From: a virus | Taxonomy: Duplodnaviria; Heunggongvirae; Uroviricota; Caudoviricetes | DNA length: 4,179 nt | Direction: 5' to 3' (one strand) | Virus record (IMG/VR): IMGVR_UViG_2671181019_000011 | Part shown: one piece after another, positions 1 through 4,179 of the stretch | How positions within the stretch are numbered: the stretch's first letter is position 1 | How the letters are laid out: each line of letters begins with the position of its first letter | Made by a program: the position numbers and the translations under genes | The notes under the pieces: model-generated | The model's input: the letters and a program-made list of their open reading frames with translations, nothing else | Databases searched by the model: none | Told to the model about the DNA's origin: nothing

Positions 1-1242
1 ATGGCGAGAAAAACACACCCATTAACCACAGTGCAGATCAAAGCAGCCAGACCAGCGCAAAAGGAGTACACCCTGCAGGACGGCGGAGGGCTTTTTCTCC
101 TGGTCAAACCGTCTGGATCAAAACTCTGGAGATTTTCCTACTACCGACCATCGGACAAAAAAAGAATATTGCTGAGTTTTGGATCGCTTGAAGATGTTTC
201 CCTGGCTGATGCCAGAAAACGCCGTAGCGAGTACAGGACGTTAATCAGTGCCGGAACTGACCCGCAGGACCACGAGAGGCAAAAAAGAGAGACAGAGGCC
301 CGAAGACAAGGGAACACGTTCGAAAATGTGGCGGCGGCATGGTACCAGGTGAAAATCAGCCAGAATCTGGCCCCCAACACGATTAAAGACATCTGGCGTT
401 CGCTGGATAAATATGTATTCCCGTTCATCGGCAACACGCCAATAGATACCCTCACCGCCCGAAGGTTCGTTGAAGTGCTTACCCCCATCAAGGAGCGCGG
501 CAACCTGGAAACACTCAAGCGGGTTTTACAGCGCGTTAATGAGGTAATGGATTACGCCGCCAACAGTGGGCTGATTGATGCCAATCCGGCTATGAATGTG
601 CGTAAGGCGTTTCCCTCACCTGTAAAAAAACATATGCCAACAATCCGCCCCGAACAGCTGCCGGAGCTTATGCAGGCTTTATCAGTATCGGCAACAGAAC
701 GGCAGACCAGATTACTGATTGAATGGCAGTTACTGACCGTAACCCGTCCCGCCGAAGCGTCATCAACGCGGTGGGATGAAATCAACCTGGACGCGAAGCA
801 ATGGACGATACCTGCCGGACGTATGAAGATGCGCAGGGATCACGTTATCCCGCTTTCCGGTCAGGCTATGGCGGTGCTGGAGGCCATGAAACCAATCAGC
901 CACCACCGCAATTACGTTTTCCCAAGTCTGAAAGACCCACAGCAGCCGATGAACAGCCAGACAGCTAACGCAGCATTGCGGCGTATGGGATTCGCTGGCG
1001 TGCTGGTGTCTCATGGATTACGCGCCATATTCAGCACAGCAGCGAACGAGGAAGGATTCGAGCCGGACGTAATAGAGGCGGCACTTGCCCACGTCGACAC
1101 CAACGAAGTTAGACGGGCATACAACCGGAGCAACTACATAGAAAAACGCATCGTGCTGATGCGCTGGTGGGGCGAATTTGTCGAGGCTGCGGCGACGGGC
1201 GTAACCCTCGCCAGTGGTAAAAGGGGTATCCGAGCCGTGTAG
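1..1242 (+). CDS. int: Tyrosine-type site-specific recombinase, P4-family integrase (413 aa)
   Basis: ATG at 1, TAG at 1240-1242. N-terminal arm-binding-type region (LQDGGGLFLLVKPSGSKLWRFSYY) and C-terminal catalytic signatures: TVTRPAEA (Arg), HGLRAIFST (H-x-x-R), LAHVDTNEVRRAYNRSNY (Tyr nucleophile), LMRWWGEF tail typical of P4-like integrases. Confidence 0.95.
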   Translation: MARKTHPLTTVQIKAARPAQKEYTLQDGGGLFLLVKPSGSKLWRFSYYRPSDKKRILLSFGSLEDVSLADARKRRSEYRTLISAGTDPQDHERQKRETEARRQGNTFENVAAAWYQVKISQNLAPNTIKDIWRSLDKYVFPFIGNTPIDTLTARRFVEVLTPIKERGNLETLKRVLQRVNEVMDYAANSGLIDANPAMNVRKAFPSPVKKHMPTIRPEQLPELMQALSVSATERQTRLLIEWQLLTVTRPAEASSTRWDEINLDAKQWTIPAGRMKMRRDHVIPLSGQAMAVLEAMKPISHHRNYVFPSLKDPQQPMNSQTANAALRRMGFAGVLVSHGLRAIFSTAANEEGFEPDVIEAALAHVDTNEVRRAYNRSNYIEKRIVLMRWWGEFVEAAATGVTLASGKRGIRAV

Positions 1243-1250
1243 CTGTACAG

Positions 1251-1295
1251 AAAACCAGTAAAAACTACGAAAACCATGTAAAACCGTCGTATAAT
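1251..1295 (+). promoter_or_regulatory. Putative promoter: four phased A-tracts upstream of a consensus TATAAT
   Basis: AAAAC(C/T) at 1251, 1261, 1270 and 1280 (about 10-bp phasing) followed by TATAAT at 1290-1295. No good -35 hexamer (ACGAAA at 1267-1272), so the A-tracts may act as UP-like or curved DNA. Confidence 0.35.
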
Positions 1296-1319
1296 TGCAT
1301 CAAATTTAACGACAAGGCC

Positions 1320-1571
1320 GTGAAACATGAAACCGTTAAGATGCAAAAAAATATCAGATGCAATTGCGACGGGCTGCAACTGGCCCTGATGGTTCAGCAT
1401 GAATTTTGGTCAACCTACGATCCGGAGGACAGAACGACGGCCCCATCAAAAAAACAGGTAGTAGACTTTCTGGTATCCCGTGGCGCTTCCAGAAATCTGG
1501 CGGTAAGTATTGATAAGGTCGTACGTCCGGCATCTATGAAGATCGGAGGCAGGCCCAAAAAATGGCGGTAA
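1320..1571 (+). CDS. Hypothetical small basic protein (83 aa from GTG 1320; 76 aa if ATG 1341)
   Basis: ORF ending TAA 1569-1571, immediately followed by a strong intrinsic terminator. Promoter-like element upstream. C-terminus basic (IGGRPKKWR). No family recognised; start codon uncertain because neither candidate has a good SD. Confidence 0.45.
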   Translation: MKHETVKMQKNIRCNCDGLQLALMVQHEFWSTYDPEDRTTAPSKKQVVDFLVSRGASRNLAVSIDKVVRPASMKIGGRPKKWR

Positions 1572-1581
1572 CAATCCTGGA

Positions 1582-1606
1582 AGCGGCAGAAATGCCGCTT
1601 TTTTTA
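1582..1606 (+). terminator. Rho-independent terminator
   Basis: Perfect 7-bp stem AGCGGCA / TGCCGCT (1582-1588, 1593-1599) with GAAA loop, followed by T7 (1600-1606). Confidence 0.8.
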
Positions 1607-1632
1607 TAATTCCATTTCAAATCATCAATATA

Positions 1633-1722
1633 AAAAACGGTGTATACCGTTTAAAAACGGTGGGAACTGTTTTTACCCATATCCGATGATTTACCGTATT
1701 TGTCACCGGAATACACCGGATT
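1633..1722. promoter_or_regulatory. Repeat-rich regulatory region upstream of the AlpA-family gene (candidate protein-binding sites)
   Basis: Direct repeats AAAAACGGTG at 1633-1642 and 1653-1662; near-palindrome AACGGTGTATACCGTT at 1636-1651 (7 of 8 pairs); direct repeats CACCGGA(A/T)T at 1704-1712 and 1714-1722 (10-bp spacing); TTGTCA at 1700-1705. Confidence 0.3.
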
Positions 1723-1738
1723 CACAAGGTAAATCACG

Positions 1739-1945
1739 ATGGAAGCAATCAGAAAAATTATCTTTCGCCAGGAAGTAAAAAAAATTATCCACATCAAGGC
1801 AGACAGCACGCTGCAAAGCATGATCAACGCCGGAGAATTTCCGCAGGGTTTTCGCGCTGGTTTACGCCGTCGCGGATGGTATGAGGATGATGTGTTGGCC
1901 TGGCAGAAAGAACGCGAACAGGAAGCACGCGGAACGGCTGCTTAA
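1739..1945 (+). CDS. AlpA-family / excisionase-like HTH regulatory protein (68 aa)
   Basis: ATG 1739 with AAGGT 8 nt upstream; TAA 1943-1945. Size and sequence pattern (IIFRQEV...STLQSMINAGEFPQGFRAGLRRRGWYEDDVLAWQ) match the AlpA/Vis/Xis-type small HTH proteins found next to P4-like integrases. Family-level recognition only. Confidence 0.7.
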   Translation: MEAIRKIIFRQEVKKIIHIKADSTLQSMINAGEFPQGFRAGLRRRGWYEDDVLAWQKEREQEARGTAA

Positions 1946-1970
1946 CGGGTATCACAGATATGACAAACAC

Positions 1971-1998
1971 GAAAAAAGCGGCCCCGATATGGAGCCGC
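1971..1998 (-). terminator. Possible intrinsic terminator for the convergent minus-strand genes (weakly bidirectional)
   Basis: GC stem GCGGC(cc) / (gg)aGCCGC at 1978-1998. On the minus strand it is followed by TTTTTT (complement of A6 at 1972-1977); on the plus strand by CTTTCT. Confidence 0.35.
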
Positions 1999-2093
1999 CT
2001 TTCTGAACAATTAACCCGCTGCGCCTTATGTGTATGTGATCCCAAACATAAGCACGGGGATGATAGCCGCTATCAGGCTGGTGGGCAATGCAA

Positions 2094-2282
2094 TCAGTCT
2101 GGTTCAGTTCGTTGCCATACCTGCAATGAGCGCTTTTCCCTATACTCTTTAAGGAATTGCTCAAGGGCAAAAGCACATGGTGCGAATCTTTCTGATTCAT
2201 GCTCTATCTTTCTGCGCCGTCTTTTCCGTGCCGGTGATAATGTTTTGGTCAATTCTTTATCGGTCATTGTGTTGTCCTGCAT
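2094..2282 (-). CDS. Hypothetical small basic protein (62 aa; 57 aa if started at the second ATG, 2267)
   Basis: Minus-strand ORF downstream of the RHH gene and in the same frame. Contains RKRRRRK. AGGA lies 7 nt upstream of the second ATG. Codon usage resembles the RHH gene. No family recognised. Confidence 0.4.
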   Translation of the reverse strand: MQDNTMTDKELTKTLSPARKRRRRKIEHESERFAPCAFALEQFLKEYREKRSLQVWQRTEPD

Positions 2283-2324
2283 AGCAATGCGCCGTAATAC
2301 CTCACACCACGGCGCTGATAGTTT

Positions 2325-2516
2325 TTATCCTTTGGGTTCTATGCCGCGCCGCTTTAGTTCAGTGCGCCCCAACTCTTTAAGCCAGTTGGCTAGGCTTATG
2401 CCGTCGCTCTGTGCTTCTTTGTCGAATTGCTCTTTTAGCTCTGGAGAAATTCGCATTCTGAATTGTGGGGATTGCCCGTCCCCTTTAGGGCTTTTATCGC
2501 GTTTGATTGTTGACAA
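2325..2516 (-). CDS. Ribbon-helix-helix (Arc/CopG/Mnt-like) DNA-binding protein (63 aa, TTG start)
   Basis: QFRMRISPELKEQFDKEAQSDGISLANWLKELG matches the RHH beta-strand plus two-helix pattern (compare Arc QFNLRWPREVLDLVRKVAEENGRSVNSEIYQRV). TTG start at 2516 preceded by AGGTGA with 4-nt spacing; TAA at 2325-2327. Confidence 0.65.
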   Translation of the reverse strand: MSTIKRDKSPKGDGQSPQFRMRISPELKEQFDKEAQSDGISLANWLKELGRTELKRRGIEPKG

Positions 2517-2560
2517 GTGGTCACCTATTGAATTAGCCTTTCCATTGTTAGGTGGTCACC
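2510..2560. promoter_or_regulatory. Divergent promoter/operator region between the RHH gene and the Icd-like operon
   Basis: TTGACA at 2510-2515 (plus strand) with TAGCCT 18 bp downstream (2534-2539). Two copies of GTGGTCACC (2517-2525 and 2552-2560, each containing a GGTNACC palindrome); the first overlaps the RHH gene's own SD and start. Confidence 0.4.
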
Positions 2561-2577
2561 TTAACACAAGAGCACTT

Positions 2578-2621
2578 AAAAAAGCAAAGCCCCGCAAGTG
2601 TCATTACCACTCGCAGGGCTT
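2578..2621 (-). terminator. Hairpin with minus-strand U-tract (possible insulating terminator); same hairpin lies in the plus-strand leader of the Icd-like gene
   Basis: Stem AAGCCCCGC (2587-2595) / GCAGGGCTT (2613-2621), 8 of 9 pairs. On the minus strand it is followed by TGCTTTTTT (complement of A6 at 2578-2583). Confidence 0.3.
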
Positions 2622-2650
2622 CTAACCAACAACGTAAACTAGGAGCCGTT

Positions 2651-3211
2651 ATGGTTGCCGTAAATCATATACCACACCTTGTACACACACAAACGGCCTT
2701 TGTGTGGCGTTTTCTGGCCCTGAATATCGGAGAAAAAAACCAGTTGATCGCCAGTGTCGAAAATAGCTATGATTCCCGCGCACCTCATAAAACGGGTGCC
2801 GGGATTGGCGTCCTGGGCAAAACTGAAGCGCATAACACGCGCCCCGCGTGTTTTTTTGTGCCGCATAGTCACACCTTATCAATGGTGGGCTGTACGGGGG
2901 CGGAGCAATCCGCGCCGGTTTCTTCAGTGTCCGGTTACGCCAACCCTGCACAGTCCGCCACCAGCGAAATTGGCGTTTCCGGTGGCGGTTATCTTAACCA
3001 CACTGAGGAGGCTGCCAACATGGCTACTATCCCTACCCTTGTACATTCTCAAACCGCCTTTCTCTGGCGCTTTATCATCTTTGGCGCGTCAGAACATCAA
3101 ATCATCCACGTAACCGCCTGGACGGAACGCGAAGCGCGTAGCCGTTGCCCGTCCGGTTGTGTTGCTGTATTCGCCGCCCGTATTCGTCAGGAGGTGTGCC
3201 ATGTGCAATAA
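2651..3211 (+). CDS. Tandem Icd-like (host cell division inhibitor Icd-like) ORF: two Icd-like modules in one frame (186 aa as sequenced); the first module may be frameshifted
   Basis: AGGAG at 2641-2645, ATG 2651, TAA 3209-3211. N-terminal motif IPHLVHTQTAFVWRF repeats as IPTLVHSQTAFLWRF at residue 124. The modules are joined by a Gly/Ser/Ala-rich low-complexity stretch that coincides with GC-rich RNA hairpins. Icd-like assignment is from remembered family motifs, not a search. Confidence 0.45.
   Translation: MVAVNHIPHLVHTQTAFVWRFLALNIGEKNQLIASVENSYDSRAPHKTGAGIGVLGKTEAHNTRPACFFVPHSHTLSMVGCTGAEQSAPVSSVSGYANPAQSATSEIGVSGGGYLNHTEEAANMATIPTLVHSQTAFLWRFIIFGASEHQIIHVTAWTEREARSRCPSGCVAVFAARIRQEVCHVQ
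2897..3011 (+). promoter_or_regulatory. Structured RNA region upstream of the second Icd-like start: two hairpins plus anti-SD pairing (candidate C4/CI-like antisense RNA or translational control element)
   Basis: Hairpin 1: 2898-2904 / 2909-2916 with GCAA tetraloop. Hairpin 2: CCGCCACC 2955-2962 / GGTGGCGG 2981-2988. Long-range pairing 2921-2930 (UCUUCAGUGU) with 3000-3009 (ACACUGAGGA) sequesters part of the SD (AGGAGG 3006-3011). Confidence 0.3.
3020..3211 (+). CDS. Icd-like protein, second module, expressed from an internal start (63 aa)
   Basis: Strong SD AGGAGG at 3006-3011 with 8-nt spacing to ATG 3020. Product MATIPTLVHSQTAFLWRF...TEREARSRCPSGCVAVFAARIRQEVCHVQ has the size and motifs of a small Icd-like protein. 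Confidence 0.55.
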   Translation: MATIPTLVHSQTAFLWRFIIFGASEHQIIHVTAWTEREARSRCPSGCVAVFAARIRQEVCHVQ

Positions 3212-3422
3212 AACCACACCGGACGCAGCAGCCGCCGCGCTCACTACGCTGATGCACGCGCTTATCGATATTGAATGCACTGCAGAGCTTGCGCAGGGAG
3301 AAGAACAGAAAGACCGGACACAGTTCGCCCTGGAATGTATCCGATACATCGCAACGCGGTCGCTGAATGACGCTAAAAATATTCTTGTTGCTGATTGTGA
3401 AAATGGGGGGGGTTATGCGTGA
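3201..3422 (+). CDS. Hypothetical small acidic protein (73 aa)
   Basis: AGGAGG at 3189-3194, 6-nt spacer, ATG 3201; overlaps the Icd-like stop by 11 nt. TGA at 3420-3422. An Ala-rich segment; no family recognised. Confidence 0.6.
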   Translation: MCNKTTPDAAAAALTTLMHALIDIECTAELAQGEEQKDRTQFALECIRYIATRSLNDAKNILVADCENGGGYA

Positions 3423-3648
3423 TGATCGTTTTAATTCCCTGAAACAAGAATTTTCCGGCGTTCCTGATGATGCGGCTGATGCGCTTTCGTCAATGCCAGA
3501 ACTTATTAGAGCGGCTTTTTTCTTACTTTCCACGAGAGAATATAAATCAACGGGGCTTGATGTACTGAATATCGCCGCCGATTATGCGGAATATGTGGCA
3601 GAGGCGCGTTATAGAAGAAAATTTCCTGAGGATGTAAGCCATGCGTGA
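3415..3648 (+). CDS. Hypothetical protein (77 aa)
   Basis: ATG 3415 overlaps the upstream stop within ATGCGTGA; a G8 tract (3405-3412) serves as SD. TGA at 3646-3648. No family recognised. Confidence 0.55.
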   Translation: MRDDRFNSLKQEFSGVPDDAADALSSMPELIRAAFFLLSTREYKSTGLDVLNIAADYAEYVAEARYRRKFPEDVSHA

Positions 3649-3874
3649 TATTTACCACCAAACAATAGACCGCGCATTTCTTGCACTTTCTCACAGTGAA
3701 AACATGCTGGAAATATTGCGCATATGGCTTGAAACACTTGGCGACAATGAACGCGACAAACAAAAATCAAGAATTGCCACGGCATTAATAACGCTTCTTG
3801 AGCCTGTAATAATGGAACTGCAAGAAATAGATCTATTGCACGACAGATATAAAGAACAGCACACCGGAGAATAA
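3641..3874 (+). CDS. Hypothetical protein (77 aa)
   Basis: ATG 3641 overlaps the upstream stop within the same ATGCGTGA motif; GAGGA 7 nt upstream. TAA at 3872-3874. No family recognised. Confidence 0.55.
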   Translation: MRDIYHQTIDRAFLALSHSENMLEILRIWLETLGDNERDKQKSRIATALITLLEPVIMELQEIDLLHDRYKEQHTGE

Positions 3875-3879
3875 AAATA

Positions 3880-4179
3880 ATGAAACTTAAATATTCTGGC
3901 TTAACTGCCAGTGGCAACACTCACCCTAAATTTACGCGCGGTGATATTTACCGCGACCAGTACGGCGGCACGGTAATGATTAAGGGCGTGGCGGGACGGT
4001 GCGTAACTTACCGCCGTGAAGGTTACGAATATGATTGCGTGATGCCTGTTTATCAGTTCCGGCGTGATTTTTCTCTGGTACAGACCGCGCCGCATAACGT
4101 GCCCACCAGCAACGCCAGGGCACGGGCAAACATCCAGAAGCTGAAAACCATGATTAACGGATTCAGGGGCAAGAAATGA
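3880..4179 (+). CDS. Hypothetical protein (99 aa)
   Basis: GGAGA at 3866-3870, 9-nt spacer, ATG 3880; TGA at 4177-4179 (window end). Basic C-terminus (ARARANIQKLKTMINGFRGKK). No family recognised. Confidence 0.6.
   Translation: MKLKYSGLTASGNTHPKFTRGDIYRDQYGGTVMIKGVAGRCVTYRREGYEYDCVMPVYQFRRDFSLVQTAPHNVPTSNARARANIQKLKTMINGFRGKK

Larger units (their letters stand above)
1..4179. mobile_element. Integrase-proximal part of a P4-like integrative element (satellite phage / PICI-type island); boundaries lie outside the window
   Basis: Gene content: P4-type integrase, AlpA-family regulator, RHH repressor, Icd-like genes, and an operon of small coupled ORFs using rare codons (AGA/AGG/ATA/CTA). No att site is visible because the window begins at the int start codon. 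Confidence 0.6.

Noticed and set aside
141-1014. Minus-strand ORFs (141..518, 552..785, 763..1014) inside the integrase gene
   Set aside because: They lie antisense within a well-supported integrase CDS and have no recognisable features.
2094-2516. Type II toxin-antitoxin pair (RHH antitoxin plus downstream toxin)
   Set aside because: The downstream ORF is only 57-62 aa, highly basic and lacks recognisable RelE/ParE/HicA-type features. The RHH protein is better explained as a repressor acting on the adjacent operator-like repeats. Kept as a low-interest open question.
1960-2625. Plus-strand 221-aa ORF spanning the region between the AlpA-family gene and the Icd-like genes
   Set aside because: The translation is Cys/Ser/Arg-rich low complexity with no SD at its start, and it runs antisense to two minus-strand ORFs, one of which has a clear RHH fold. 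It is most likely an open antisense frame.
2552-2650. Upstream GTG extension of the Icd-like ORF (start at 2552)
   Set aside because: ATG 2651 has a near-consensus SD (AGGAG, 5-nt spacer). The extension would run through the hairpin and operator region and has no SD.
2754-3113. Alternative-frame 119-aa ORF overlapping both Icd-like modules
   Set aside because: Pro/Arg/Leu-rich low-complexity translation with no SD; it does not reproduce the duplicated Icd-like motifs. Noted only because a -1 slip in the T7 tract would enter this frame.
3159-3200. GTG start at 3159 for the ORF ending at 3422
   Set aside because: ATG 3201 is preceded by a perfect AGGAGG with a 6-nt spacer; the upstream extension would lie deep within the Icd-like coding sequence.
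3089-4095. Minus-strand ORFs (3089..3349, 3102..3533, 3506..3763, 3609..3920, 3901..4095) opposite the small-gene operon
   Set aside because: The plus-strand genes have strong SDs and start-stop coupling; the minus-strand translations are Cys/Arg-rich with no start signals.
1946-4179. Anti-phage defence system in a satellite hotspot
   Set aside because: No large ORFs with nuclease, ATPase, helicase or similar motifs are present; the cargo is small regulatory-type proteins and RNA structures. The evidence fits an immunity and regulatory module better than a defence island.
1-4179. CRISPR arrays, tRNA or rRNA genes, IS elements
   Set aside because: No regularly spaced repeat-spacer structure, no cloverleaf-compatible segments, and no transposase-like ORF or terminal inverted repeats were seen.

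Overview
This window is the integrase-proximal end of a P4-like integrative element (satellite-phage / PICI-type island), compact and densely regulated. Left to right: a complete P4-type tyrosine integrase (1..1242, +); a small basic ORF with its own promoter-like region and a strong intrinsic terminator (1320..1606); an AlpA/excisionase-family HTH regulator (1739..1945, +); two convergent minus-strand small genes, one a ribbon-helix-helix (Arc/CopG-like) DNA-binding protein (2325..2516) and one a basic 57-62 aa ORF (2094..2282); a divergent control region with repeated GTGGTCACC motifs (2510..2560); then a plus-strand operon opening with two tandem Icd-like modules (starts at 2651 and 3020, one continuous frame to 3211) followed by four translationally coupled small ORFs of unknown function (3201..4179). 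The most interesting signals are in the Icd-like region: a T7 tract whose length decides between a 72-aa protein and a 186-aa fusion, and GC-rich RNA hairpins with anti-SD pairing reminiscent of the phage P1 c4-icd-ant / P4 CI RNA immunity arrangement. No large enzymatic ORFs, tRNA, rRNA or CRISPR array were seen. Family assignments are from motif recognition by eye, not from searches.
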